A stretch of 64,000 nucleotides of DNA from Clostridia bacterium (GTDB taxonomy: Bacteria > Bacillota > Clostridia > Lachnospirales > Cellulosilyticaceae): positions 11,529 through 75,528 of the forward strand of contig JARBUI010000006.1 in the NCBI GenBank assembly GCA_029239755.1, in the 5' to 3' direction. Each line of letters begins with the position of its first letter. Within the stretch, counting starts at the first letter, position 1. The position numbers and the translations under genes were made by a program. This document shows positions 32,093 through 42,276 of this stretch, one piece after another. The notes under the pieces were generated by a model. That model was not told the DNA's origin. It was given only the letters and a program-made list of their open reading frames with translations, and searched no databases.

Positions 32093-33319
32093 TCACACTT
32101 TACAGATAAGTTTTCCTATCTCCAGTGCTGTTTGCAGTTCTACGCAATCATTAAGGTTATGTAAGTTACAGTTTAAAAGTTCCTCAATTTTTTTAAGGCG
32201 GTACTTAAGCGTATTTCTATGAAGAAAGAGTTTTTCTGCTGTAGTTGTAATATTGCAGTTTTCACTAAGGTACATCTCTAGTGTAGCTATTAAGCATGCA
32301 TCATTAATTTTATCGTATTCTAACACTCTCCCTAAATTATTAAAATAAAATTGTTTCAGTATTTCCTTATCTTTAATATTAAATAACAAAGCATAAATAC
32401 CTATATCTGCTACATAAGTTACTGATCTTTTTTCACCTTTTATTTTTGCTGCTTTAAGAGCCCATTCTGCCTCCATAAGTGACCGTTTCATAAGAGAAAG
32501 GTCATTGTAACGATTACCTATCCCTATACTTACAGTCATTCCTTTCCATTTAGTCTCTACAGCTTGCTGAATCCTCTCAATCACTTTTTGTAAAAGTTCT
32601 GATCCTTTTCCACTCGCTTTATTTAAAATAATGACTGAATCACTTTGTGCAAGTAAAAGTGCCTTGATATGATAGTACTCTAGTGCCTCTTGTACTACTT
32701 TCATAAAAACAGACTTTATCCTTACGATTTCTTGCTCTTCACTAATGCTGTTATTCTCAATATACTTTGCAAACTCATCAATATCAATCACACAAATCCC
32801 ACATTCACCTGATAGATTGTATCCAAAATAAGCAGCTCTTTCTATTATATTCCCTTCCGGATCCCCTTCTCCAAAAAGAATGCTGCTTAACAAATGAGTC
32901 AGAGAGTTATCTTCAAACTCAGATAGTACAATACTGCTGCAAATCTCATGGGTTAATTCTACAAGCTTAACTTCCCATGGCAGTTCAAAAACAGGCAAGT
33001 CTAGTTCATCAGCTGCTTTAATGACTTCTTCTGGGACTTCTTCAATGTAGCGGCCAATATTAATGATAAGGCCTGCTCCATTTTTCTCGCTTATTCCTTT
33101 TATAAGGCTCAGTAATATTTCTTTATTATGTTTGATTCCGAGCCCCGAAATAAAGACAAGTTCCCCTCCTTGAAGCCACGCAATACTCTCCAAAGGATCA
33201 TCTAAGCATTCCGCAACATAGACCCATCTTACATATCTCCCTAGAGCTTCTTTGCCTGCTAAAAGCTTTACTTTACTCAGGGAATGCAGTTTCATAATAT
33301 CTTTAATAGTAATTGCCAT
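32093..33319 (-). CDS. PucR/CdaR-family transcriptional regulator
   Basis: PucR N-domain (VRWVYVAE..WLQGGELV) and C-terminal HTH TAEKLFLHRNTLKYRLKKIEE. Confidence 0.93.
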   Translation of the reverse strand: MAITIKDIMKLHSLSKVKLLAGKEALGRYVRWVYVAECLDDPLESIAWLQGGELVFISGLGIKHNKEILLSLIKGISEKNGAGLIINIGRYIEEVPEEVIKAADELDLPVFELPWEVKLVELTHEICSSIVLSEFEDNSLTHLLSSILFGEGDPEGNIIERAAYFGYNLSGECGICVIDIDEFAKYIENNSISEEQEIVRIKSVFMKVVQEALEYYHIKALLLAQSDSVIILNKASGKGSELLQKVIERIQQAVETKWKGMTVSIGIGNRYNDLSLMKRSLMEAEWALKAAKIKGEKRSVTYVADIGIYALLFNIKDKEILKQFYFNNLGRVLEYDKINDACLIATLEMYLSENCNITTTAEKLFLHRNTLKYRLKKIEELLNCNLHNLNDCVELQTALEIGKLICKV

Positions 33320-33346
33320 AGCTGGGTTATCCTCCTAGGATGAAAT

Positions 33347-33401
33347 AAAAAAACCTGTGTCGAAGCTGCTTAATCGCAGCATCACACAGGCATCTTTGTC
33401 T
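33347..33401 (-). terminator. Leader terminator with overlapping ANTAR-like hairpin upstream of the PucR-family gene
   Basis: Minus strand AGAC-AAAGAT-GCCT overlaps CCTGTGT..GCTGC..GCAGC..ACACAGG-TTTTTTT. A TTGAAA-N16-TATAAT promoter lies upstream. Confidence 0.6.
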
Positions 33402-33472
33402 GGGAATGATTCATATATCTTTTATTATATTACGTTTTGTAATAATTTCAATCACTAATTTAACTCTTATTC

Positions 33473-33676
33473 TTATGCTGAAAGATGCTTGTTTAGTTTA
33501 TCAAGCAGCTCCTGCACTGGAACACCATGCACCATACAAGCCTGTTCAAGACTTTCGTTAGTAGATGACGGGCAACCCAGACAATGCATTCCCATCTCTA
33601 AAAAATAAGGTGCAGTCGTTCTGTCTGCATTTAAAATTTCACCAATTAAAGTATCTTTTGTTATTGTCATTTTCAT
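33473..33676 (-). CDS. DUF1858-domain protein
   Basis: ITKDTLIGE..GMHCLGCP..ESLEQACMVHG signature. Confidence 0.85.
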   Translation of the reverse strand: MKMTITKDTLIGEILNADRTTAPYFLEMGMHCLGCPSSTNESLEQACMVHGVPVQELLDKLNKHLSA

Positions 33677-33737
33677 TTCCTCTTTTCTTTAAAATATATT
33701 AAACATAGTCTATTCTTCTTCCTTTTCTACACCTGCT

Positions 33738-36110
33738 CTACGCTTGCAAAGAAGGCTGGAAGGCTGAAAAAGAAACTAATTGTTCTAATCTAGGCAAGGA
33801 TATCCCTAAAGTTTCCTTTAAAACATCCTCAATACTTTCAACAGGTATAATGGTTAATGCATTTTTTACTTCTTCAGGCACATCTTTAAGGTCGATTACA
33901 TTATCCTTTGGAATTAATACTTTCTTGATTCCAGCTCTTTCAGCTGCTAATAATTTTTCTTTTAAACCTCCAATAGCTAGGACAACTCCTCTTAAAGTTA
34001 TTTCTCCAGTCATTGCAAGTGTTGAATCCACCTTAATGCCTGTAACAAGTGAGGCAAGTGCTGTAAATAAAGTAATACCAGCAGAAGGGCCATCCTTTGG
34101 AACTGAACCTGAAGGTACATGAATGTGCAGATCTTTTTCTTTGAAGTTAAAGCTGTTAAGAGGTAATCTGGATTTTAATAAACTAAGAGAGATTCTAGCA
34201 GATTCTTTCATTACATCTCCTAATTTACCAGTTAAAATAACTTCTCCTTTTCCCCACATATCTGTAGCTTCAATAAATAGTATTTCTCCCCCAACCGGAG
34301 TCCACGCGAGCCCTGTCACAACCCCCGGTGGGTTATCCTTTTCTGCCTTATCATGTCTTGAAACTCGTCTGCCAAGTAATTCTTCTAAATTATTCTCTGT
34401 GACTTTAAAGGCAGTTTTAATTTTACGAGACACAATTTTTTCTGAGGTTACTCTCGCTGCTTTTGATAATTGTTTCTTTAGTCCTCTTACCCCTGCTTCT
34501 AAGGTATAGTCACTAATCATTCTTTGCAGTGCCTTATCATCTATTTTTAATTGCTTTGAGGTTAATCCATGTTCCTCTAAAATTGAAGGTATTAAATGCT
34601 TTTTTGCAATGTGAAACTTTTCATTTAGTGTATAGCTAGATATCTGAATAACTTCCATTCTGTCTAGAAGCGGTGCTGGTATACTATCAATAGAGTTAGC
34701 TGTAGCTATAAAGAATACCTCTGATAAATCGTAGGGTACACCTAAATAATGATCTGTAAAGCTGTCATTTTGCTCTGGATCAAGAACTTCTAACAACGCA
34801 CTGGCGGGATCACCATTATATCCCCTTATAAGTTTATCGACTTCATCTAGAACTATAACTGGATTTTTTTCTCCTGCCTTTTTAATGCTTTGAATGATTC
34901 TTCCCGGCATAGCACCTACGTAAGTCTTGCGGTGTCCTCTAATTTCTGCTTCATCTCTTATACCACCTAAACTTAATCTGACATATTTTCTGTTTAGTGC
35001 TTCTGAGATACTTTTTCCTAAACTAGTTTTCCCTGTTCCAGGAGGGCCAACAAGTAATAGAATAGAACCTTTTTTATCTTTCTTTAATTTCATAACAGCT
35101 AAGTGCTGTAGTATTCTTTCTTTTACCTTTTCAAGTCCATAATGCTGTTCTTCTAAAATACGTCTTGCTTCTATTAAATCAAATTCCTGCAGTGATGCTT
35201 TTTTCCAAGGAAGCTGTAATAATAAATCAAGGTAGTTTCGTATAACATTATAGTCAGGACTATTTGGACTTTGGCTCTCAAACTTGCGTTGTTCCTCTAA
35301 AGCAATATTTTTAACATCTTCTGGCATACCAGCTTCTTCAATTTTGGTTAAGTAGTCTAACTCATTTGACTTGCCTTCATTCAACTCTTCTTGGATAACT
35401 TTTAATTGTTCTCTTAAGATGGATTCTCTATAATTTTTATTAGCTTTTTCTGAAAATTTTTCTGTTATTTCAAGTTGGAATTTAACTCTTTCCTTATGCT
35501 CTAAAAGATAATCAATAAACTTTAGGCTTCTTTCCTTTAAGGATTGGGTATGGAGCAATTCATAATTTTTGTCCATGGAGAAAATCCTGAATTGGGCTAA
35601 GTACCCCATTAATTTATTTAAATCTTTTATTTCCTCTATGGGTTTTATAAAATTTTCAGATCCCTGGAAGTTTTTACCGATATCATAAATAATCTTTTTC
35701 ATATATGCCAGTATTTCTTCTATAGCACTTTGATCCAAATCAACACAATCTGAAGCTATTTGATAGGCTCCGTAAATCATGCTATTTGCAAATTTAACTG
35801 CCGCTACTTCAACTCGATCAATTACTTTTATTTTAATTTCATGTCCAATTTCTTTTTTCTTTATTTCATCTACTTGAAATATGACGCCTACTTTTTGAAA
35901 ATCTTCTTCTTTTAATTCTTTACCACTAACGACTTTCTTCAAAGGCAAAGCAATATTTAGGTTGTTTCCCTCAGCTAAATAACTTACTTCTTCTATACTT
36001 AAATTTTCAAGTTTAAGCGTAGACTCCATGTTAGGCAGTAAGACCCCATCCGGCAACGGTATTATTAATGCTTCTTTATTTTTATTGTCTGTGCTCTTCA
36101 TATGTATCAT
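33738..36110 (-). CDS. lon: ATP-dependent Lon protease
   Basis: GPPGTGKTS, LDEVDK, catalytic PKDGPSAG, GGLKEK. Confidence 0.96.
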   Translation of the reverse strand: MIHMKSTDNKNKEALIIPLPDGVLLPNMESTLKLENLSIEEVSYLAEGNNLNIALPLKKVVSGKELKEEDFQKVGVIFQVDEIKKKEIGHEIKIKVIDRVEVAAVKFANSMIYGAYQIASDCVDLDQSAIEEILAYMKKIIYDIGKNFQGSENFIKPIEEIKDLNKLMGYLAQFRIFSMDKNYELLHTQSLKERSLKFIDYLLEHKERVKFQLEITEKFSEKANKNYRESILREQLKVIQEELNEGKSNELDYLTKIEEAGMPEDVKNIALEEQRKFESQSPNSPDYNVIRNYLDLLLQLPWKKASLQEFDLIEARRILEEQHYGLEKVKERILQHLAVMKLKKDKKGSILLLVGPPGTGKTSLGKSISEALNRKYVRLSLGGIRDEAEIRGHRKTYVGAMPGRIIQSIKKAGEKNPVIVLDEVDKLIRGYNGDPASALLEVLDPEQNDSFTDHYLGVPYDLSEVFFIATANSIDSIPAPLLDRMEVIQISSYTLNEKFHIAKKHLIPSILEEHGLTSKQLKIDDKALQRMISDYTLEAGVRGLKKQLSKAARVTSEKIVSRKIKTAFKVTENNLEELLGRRVSRHDKAEKDNPPGVVTGLAWTPVGGEILFIEATDMWGKGEVILTGKLGDVMKESARISLSLLKSRLPLNSFNFKEKDLHIHVPSGSVPKDGPSAGITLFTALASLVTGIKVDSTLAMTGEITLRGVVLAIGGLKEKLLAAERAGIKKVLIPKDNVIDLKDVPEEVKNALTIIPVESIEDVLKETLGISLPRLEQLVSFSAFQPSLQA

Positions 36111-36171
36111 CCTCTCATTCGCATTTCAAATGACTGTTCATTTAATAGCCTTGTAAGTTATATAGATTTAC

Positions 36172-36187
36172 TTCGTACGTGTACGAA
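36172..36187. promoter_or_regulatory. Probable MarR operator upstream of lon
   Basis: Perfect palindrome TTCGTAC-GT-GTACGAA. Confidence 0.75.
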
Positions 36188-36209
36188 TTAAATGTTTAAA
36201 AAAATGGCT

Positions 36210-36644
36210 TTACACCATTTCTTCGATATTTTTTAAAGCCTTGTTAATGCCATCTTCAAAGATCTCTCGCTGATTGTTATCAAAACCATTTAATAGCACA
36301 TTAAGCAATTCCGACTCCATAATCTGCAGCTTTTGTTTTATTTGTAAACCCTGCCCCGTTAATAGGATATAAACACTTCTCTTATCTTCAGGACAACTAC
36401 ATTTTTTTATCAATTCCTGAGCTTCATATTTGTTTATAATATCAGATAAAGAAGACTTAGAAATTTTCCATATACTTGCTATTTCATTAAAAAGCAATGC
36501 TGTTCCATCTTCAGGAAGTATAAAAAATAATGGAATATGGTTTTGTAATATGGGTAACCGTTCTTGATTAATTCTTTTTACTATAATCTTATTATAGTTA
36601 GAACTAATCTCATTTATTTTCGCAATGATACAGCAACTTTTCAT
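36210..36644 (-). CDS. MarR-family regulator
   Basis: ISKSSLSDIINK..LIKK...EDKRSVYILLT. Confidence 0.88.
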   Translation of the reverse strand: MKSCCIIAKINEISSNYNKIIVKRINQERLPILQNHIPLFFILPEDGTALLFNEIASIWKISKSSLSDIINKYEAQELIKKCSCPEDKRSVYILLTGQGLQIKQKLQIMESELLNVLLNGFDNNQREIFEDGINKALKNIEEMV

Positions 36645-36657
36645 TTTGATCTCCTTG

Positions 36658-36705
36658 TTCGTTCGGGTACGAACTAATTTTAATCCTTTTATATTTATTT
36701 GTCAA
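36658..36705 (-). promoter_or_regulatory. SigA promoter of marR with downstream operator
   Basis: TTGACA-N17-TAAAAT (36705-36677) followed by TTCGTTC-GG-GTACGAA (36658-36673). Confidence 0.75.
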
Positions 36706-36785
36706 TACTTTTTTATGTTATAGACATCTGTTGATATTGCACCTTTAGGACCTACAGCAATACAAGTCTACATCCTATACATTTT

Positions 36786-37787
36786 TCAGTTGTTTTCTTC
36801 TGGCAAAATACTATAATACCCTGTATCTCCCTTTGCACCTACGATAAGCCAATAAGTTTTACCTTCTAACTCATACTTTTTTACTTCTATAGTTTCTGTT
36901 ATTTGCCCACTTATATTACCTTGCAACATTTCATCAATGTGAATGACATAGCGGATTGTGCTGTCATCTACTTGCTCCTTATTCACAATAGTTGCCCTGC
37001 CGGCTGAGGGACTTGATCCTCCTGTTACCCAACCCTGTTTTTTTGCAAGAAACTTTTGTTTTAACTCTGGGGACAAGGCACTATATTGCAATGCACCACT
37101 ACGTTTTTGTTGTCCTACAATCCATAAAGCAAGTGCTTCCTCCGGCGACGTAGGCTGTGTTAACATTTCTAAATCAGCTACTTTCTTTTGAATCTCGGCT
37201 CTAGTTGGATAGTTAATTTTAATCTTATTCCCTACCCTATTTGTATGGGCTAAAAACATGGTATTAAACCAATCACTTGTTACATAAAGTTTACCTTTTA
37301 CCACCTCATAGTCATACACGGCCCAGGGCATACTAAATCCCTTGTCCGTAATATTCAGCGTAATGGGTTTTTGGCTAAATATTGCATTATTGCCGCTAGT
37401 TAATGGATAAGGTAGTATTTCTAAGTCTTGAAGCCTCTTAGGCAAAGGATATTCTTTACTCTCTTTACCATACTTGATTCCATTTAAATAAGATAAATAC
37501 TGATGTTGCTTAAAATAAGCGGGGATTTCTACTGTGACCGTCTTACTTTTTCCATCCCATACTACACTGTCTGCTCCCATTTCTTTTGCTAACCATGTGA
37601 GAGGAAAAAGTATCCGACCCTTTATAATCGGTAAACTTTCAGGAAATTCCTTTATCTCCCCGTTTAATTCAAATTGCTTATTGCATAAGGTTTTCTTATC
37701 CGTTGCCTCCACATCCATACTGCTTGCAAGTAGGACTGTTCCTATAATCAAACTACTTATTATGATCCTCATAAGCTTCATTTTCAT
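36786..37787 (-). CDS. Secreted protein with copper amine oxidase-like N-terminal (stalk) domain
   Basis: Signal peptide, PIIKGRILFPL..LAKEMGA..VVWDGKSKTVTV. Confidence 0.7.
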   Translation of the reverse strand: MKMKLMRIIISSLIIGTVLLASSMDVEATDKKTLCNKQFELNGEIKEFPESLPIIKGRILFPLTWLAKEMGADSVVWDGKSKTVTVEIPAYFKQHQYLSYLNGIKYGKESKEYPLPKRLQDLEILPYPLTSGNNAIFSQKPITLNITDKGFSMPWAVYDYEVVKGKLYVTSDWFNTMFLAHTNRVGNKIKINYPTRAEIQKKVADLEMLTQPTSPEEALALWIVGQQKRSGALQYSALSPELKQKFLAKKQGWVTGGSSPSAGRATIVNKEQVDDSTIRYVIHIDEMLQGNISGQITETIEVKKYELEGKTYWLIVGAKGDTGYYSILPEENN

Positions 37788-37884
37788 TCACTTCTTTCTT
37801 ATAATTCTTCCCGTTTTTATTATACTACTATTTTAGATACTCTAATCACTTGATGCTATAACAAATGGCACACTTGTATTCTGT

Positions 37885-37947
37885 AAAAAAATGAGTGTAT
37901 TCATAGTAGAACCAAAATAAATTGGTATCTACTATGAATACACTCAT
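37885..37947 (-). terminator. recQ terminator (long perfect hairpin)
   Basis: ATGAGTGTATTCATAGTAGA...TCTACTATGAATACACTCAT 20-bp inverted repeat plus U-tract on the minus strand. Confidence 0.85.
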
Positions 37948-37957
37948 AAACATAAGA

Positions 37958-40108
37958 CTATTCTTGCAAAGCAGCATCTTTATATTTGCAAAGTGCAAAT
38001 TTAATGGCTGTATAACTTACCTCTTCTGGCAGAGCTTCCTTAATAGGCTTTAAAAATTCTGTGCCGCACCTTTCGATAGCTGCTGCAATTTGTTCTTCAT
38101 AAAGCTCTGGGATAAACTTACTATAATCTATCTCAAATCCTTCTTCTATACATTTCAATAAATGATTTTCTATGGTTATAGGTGTAAGCTCTCTTTCTTT
38201 CGCTATTTCAGTTATTGTCATACCTTCTTTATAGAGTGTATAAGTATGTTTATGACTATCACGTGATATGGACTTTGGCGCCTTCGTGTTTTCTGAATCC
38301 CCTAAAGCTTCTGTTGTACTGATATTGTTTTTCTCTGCATAGTCTATAATGGCATCTATAAAGATTTGTCCATATTTTTCTAACTTGTGCTCCCCTACCC
38401 CTGTTACGCCAAGCATTCTTTCAGCTGTTACCGGATATTTTTTACACATATCTTTAAGCGTTGCATCTGAAAAGATCATAAAAGGCTGTACGCCATGTTC
38501 TCTGGCAATGTGCATTCTTATGTGTCTTAAATTCTCAAATAATTCCTGCCCCACTGCTGTTTTTCCCTCTTTAACAGACTCCTCTTTACTTAGAACACGT
38601 CTTATAGATACTTTTTGTTCTCCCTTTAAAACCTCATAACTTTTAAGTGTAAGTCTCAGCATCGGATACTGATCCCCTACAAGATTGAGATAGCCTTCTG
38701 CAGTAAGAAAAGATATGATCTCTTTAATTGTTGCTTTGCTATAATCTTTCATAATACTGTAGGTAGGAAGCAAATTAAAGCGAAGATCTCTGATTTTTTG
38801 GGTATTCGCACCTTTTAATACATCTGTAACAAGCGTACTGCCAAACTGTTCCTTCATTCTCTTGATACAGCTCATAATCTTTTGTGCTTCTACTGTTATA
38901 TCTGTCTCCTCAGTTTCATTATTGCAGCTTCCACAGTTATTGCAGTTAAGCTCTGGCGGCTCTTGTCCAAAATAAGTGAGTATCGCGCTTCTAAGGCACC
39001 CTTCTGTATTGCAATAATCTACCATAGCATTTAACTTTTGGTATTCCATACTATGATCCATGCCAAATCCACTATTCTCTATAAGAAACCGATTAGTCAT
39101 AATATCTTGTGTACTAAAAAACATAATACATTTAGCTTCTTCTCCGTCACGCCCTGCTCTGCCGGCCTCCTGGTAGTAACTCTCCATGTTTTTGGGCATA
39201 TTGTAGTGAATAACAAATCTTACATTGGATTTATCTATACCCATTCCAAAGGCATTAGTGGCTGCCATAACTGGGATGTTATCATATAAAAACGCCTCTT
39301 GATTTTGAGATCGTTCATCTTCCCCAAGTCCAGCATGATACCTTGCTGTCTTTATTCCTGCCTTATTTAGCTTTTCATAGACCTCATCTACTGCCTTTCT
39401 TGTAGCACAGTATATAATCCCACTCTGATCTCTATTTTTTTCTATATAAATTTTAAGTGCTTCAAACTTACTATTTGGTTTTCTAACCTCAAAATATAAA
39501 TTAGGTCTGTCAAAGCTCCCTACAAATTCAAAGGGTGTTTTAAGTCTTAGTAAACTTATAACATCTGCTTTAACAATCTCTGTTGCCGTTGCAGTAAAAG
39601 CAGCAACAACTGGCCTTTTAGGAAGCCTTTCTATCATTTTAGTAATACGTTTGTAGCTTGGTCTAAAGTCATGCCCCCATTGTGAAACGCAGTGAGCTTC
39701 ATCGACTGCCACAAGTGCTACTGGTAAAAGTTCCATAAGTTCTATAAAGGTGTCTGTTTCTAATCGTTCTGGTGCAACATAAAGAAGCTTGTACGCCCCT
39801 TGTTTGGCATTAAAAATAATTTCTCTAAATTCAGCATTACTTAAACTGCTGTTAATAAGTTCTGCCTGTACGCCATATTCTTTAAGTGTATCTACTTGGT
39901 CTTTCATAAGAGAAATGAGAGGAGAAATAACTATCGTAATTCCTTCTAACAATAACGCTGGGATTTGATAACATAGAGATTTTCCTCCTCCAGTAGGCAA
40001 AATGCCTACTACGTCTTGTCCTTGCATGATGCAATCTATAAGTTCCTGTTGTCCCGTTCTAAAAGAACGATAGCCATAATATTTTTGTAAGACCGTTAAA
40101 GCATTCAT
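37958..40108 (-). CDS. recQ: ATP-dependent DNA helicase RecQ
   Basis: PTGGGKSLCYQ, DEAHCVSQWGHDFRP, QEAGRAGRDG, RQC, HRDC and C-terminal HTH. Confidence 0.97.
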   Translation of the reverse strand: MNALTVLQKYYGYRSFRTGQQELIDCIMQGQDVVGILPTGGGKSLCYQIPALLLEGITIVISPLISLMKDQVDTLKEYGVQAELINSSLSNAEFREIIFNAKQGAYKLLYVAPERLETDTFIELMELLPVALVAVDEAHCVSQWGHDFRPSYKRITKMIERLPKRPVVAAFTATATEIVKADVISLLRLKTPFEFVGSFDRPNLYFEVRKPNSKFEALKIYIEKNRDQSGIIYCATRKAVDEVYEKLNKAGIKTARYHAGLGEDERSQNQEAFLYDNIPVMAATNAFGMGIDKSNVRFVIHYNMPKNMESYYQEAGRAGRDGEEAKCIMFFSTQDIMTNRFLIENSGFGMDHSMEYQKLNAMVDYCNTEGCLRSAILTYFGQEPPELNCNNCGSCNNETEETDITVEAQKIMSCIKRMKEQFGSTLVTDVLKGANTQKIRDLRFNLLPTYSIMKDYSKATIKEIISFLTAEGYLNLVGDQYPMLRLTLKSYEVLKGEQKVSIRRVLSKEESVKEGKTAVGQELFENLRHIRMHIAREHGVQPFMIFSDATLKDMCKKYPVTAERMLGVTGVGEHKLEKYGQIFIDAIIDYAEKNNISTTEALGDSENTKAPKSISRDSHKHTYTLYKEGMTITEIAKERELTPITIENHLLKCIEEGFEIDYSKFIPELYEEQIAAAIERCGTEFLKPIKEALPEEVSYTAIKFALCKYKDAALQE

Positions 40109-40342
40109 TCCTGTTACCTCTTTTATCCATTTTTTACTCTCCCTAATATTAACATGAATGGCTACTTTTAAACATAGACGAATAATGATATTTTATTAAA
40201 ACACTTGATAACTTAAGACACTCTTGGAAATAAGAAGAAAAGAGCATAGTCATCAAATCCTTTCTAGTATGTCGTTATACTTAGGATTGTTGAATCTGCT
40301 CTTCTTCTACACATATATATTTTATTTATACCTCAATACTTG

Positions 40343-40558
40343 TTATAGAGCCAATATATTTAATGTTGCCAGAACTCCTAAAAGAACACCCACTACGAGA
40401 AGCGCCCCACCTAGCACAAGATAAATGATTGTAGCATTCCTATCCCCAAGCCATTGTCTTAAGGCTACTGCTTTTCTATGCTCCCAAAAATATCTTGGCT
40501 TTGATATTGTGTTAATGATAATAAATACACCTATTAGTATCATAAATATGTATTCCAC
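40343..40558 (-). CDS. Small two-TM membrane protein, Imm17-like
   Basis: AGGGTGA RBS; TM-FWEHRKA..LG.R.A.IIY..LG-TM pattern resembles immunity protein 17. Confidence 0.55.
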   Translation of the reverse strand: MEYIFMILIGVFIIINTISKPRYFWEHRKAVALRQWLGDRNATIIYLVLGGALLVVGVLLGVLATLNILAL

Positions 40559-40627
40559 TTAGTATCACCCTTTCATACCTATTATATAAAGGTTAATATG
40601 AAAGCTCAAAGGCAATAAATGGCATAC

Positions 40628-41443
40628 TTATTTATTTAACGCTGATAGAAGCTGAAACATTCTTTGTTTAAGAATAGGATGTACGAGCATCGGTGCAATC
40701 TCACACAATGGTTTAAGTACAAACTCTCTCTCTTCCATTCTTGGATGCGGAAGAGTAATAAACTCATCACTTGTAACTAAATCATCATATAGCAGGATGT
40801 CTAAGTCAATAGTTCTTGGCCCCCATTTAATGATGCGTTCCCGCTGCAGAAGCTGCTCTATGCGCAAAAGCTCAGTCATAAGCTCAGTAGGTGTCAGCAG
40901 TGTACGCACCTCTAATACTGCATTTAAAAAACGCTCTTGGTCTGTATACCCCCATGGCTCTGTCTCTAAAAAAGAGGAGCACTTTCCAGTTCTAATACTT
41001 TTATGCTCTTTTAAATAGGTTATGGCCTGTTTTAAGTACATTTCTTTATCACCCATATTAGAACCTAATGCCAGATAAGCTGTATGCCAGCCCCTAGTTA
41101 CTTCCACTGCTACAAAGTTTAGGCTTTTTAAAATAGGGGCCCAAGGCTTTTTAATACTTACTTTAACAGTTTGAACCTGAGGGTACTGGACTAAAATAAA
41201 CTGAGCTGTTTTTTCCGCAGCTGTTTCAATAAGATCGTAGCTCGTTTCCTTAAATAAAGTCTCTACGTCTTCACATAATTCTCCATAATGAACGCTTTGT
41301 TTCAAATCTCCATAGAGTGCTGCAGCTCTTAAATCAAGGGTAAGAACCATTGAAATGAGGAATTTTTGCCCTAAGCGTTTTTCCTCTTCAAATACCCCAT
41401 GATACGCAAATACTTCTAGGTCTTGTACATATATCTTATCCAT
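40628..41443 (-). CDS. folK: Bifunctional dihydroneopterin aldolase / HPPK (FolB-FolK)
   Basis: FolB part AYHGVFEEEK..LIET..KKPWAP; FolK part YLALGSNMG, WGPRTIDLDIL, LPHP. Confidence 0.95.
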   Translation of the reverse strand: MDKIYVQDLEVFAYHGVFEEEKRLGQKFLISMVLTLDLRAAALYGDLKQSVHYGELCEDVETLFKETSYDLIETAAEKTAQFILVQYPQVQTVKVSIKKPWAPILKSLNFVAVEVTRGWHTAYLALGSNMGDKEMYLKQAITYLKEHKSIRTGKCSSFLETEPWGYTDQERFLNAVLEVRTLLTPTELMTELLRIEQLLQRERIIKWGPRTIDLDILLYDDLVTSDEFITLPHPRMEEREFVLKPLCEIAPMLVHPILKQRMFQLLSALNK

Positions 41444-42257
41444 TATCTTTGGCCCCTCTTATCACCGCATCCGTCATCATCGCTGCTCTTTTATTCTCTT
41501 TTACATCATGTACTCTTATAAATTTACACCCTTTCATAATCCCCATTACTGTGGTTGCGAGTGTCCCTTCTAATCGTTCTTCTACCGGCACATCCAGTGT
41601 CAATCCTATCATAGATTTTCTTGAAGTCCCTAACAGAACAGGAAAACCCATGCTGCAAATTCTCTCAAGCTGCTGCATGGCTTTTAAGTTTTGTTCATAA
41701 GTTTTTGCAAAACCGATACCTGGGTCTAAAATAATCTGTTCCTTTTTAACCCCTGCTCTATAAGCTATTTCTACAGACTCCATGAGATCCTTGCATATGT
41801 CTTCAATAAAGTTTTGATAATTTCGCTCGTCCCTATTGTGCATCAAAATACATGGCACATCAAATGCAGCAGCTACTTTAGCTATGTCCTTATCCCTTTT
41901 GAATCCCCATACATCATTGATGATATTAGCTCCTGCTTTAAGTGCTTCTTCTGCTACCTTTGCCTTATAAGTATCAATAGATAAGAGGCAGTCAAAGCTT
42001 GCTCTAATCGCCTTAATAATTGGAACAACCCTTCCCATTTCTTCATCTGCTCCAACAGGCGTGTGCTTTGGCCTGGTAGACTCTCCTCCTATATCTATGA
42101 TATCTGCCCCTTCTTCAAGAAGTTTAGCAGCATGATGAACTGCAGCTTCCTCTGTATTAAATCTTCCGCCGTCCGAAAAGGAATCAGGGGTAATGTTTAA
42201 AATGCCCATAATATAAGTTCTTTTGTCTAAATCAAATGGTGTATTTCCAATCAGCAT
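41436..42257 (-). CDS. folP: Dihydropteroate synthase
   Basis: MGILNITPDSFSDGG, GGESTRP, GTSRKS, RVHDV. Start reassigned to ATG 42257 after an AGGAGA RBS. Confidence 0.95.
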   Translation of the reverse strand: MLIGNTPFDLDKRTYIMGILNITPDSFSDGGRFNTEEAAVHHAAKLLEEGADIIDIGGESTRPKHTPVGADEEMGRVVPIIKAIRASFDCLLSIDTYKAKVAEEALKAGANIINDVWGFKRDKDIAKVAAAFDVPCILMHNRDERNYQNFIEDICKDLMESVEIAYRAGVKKEQIILDPGIGFAKTYEQNLKAMQQLERICSMGFPVLLGTSRKSMIGLTLDVPVEERLEGTLATTVMGIMKGCKFIRVHDVKENKRAAMMTDAVIRGAKDNG

Positions 42258-42276
42258 GACACGATCTCCTACTCTA

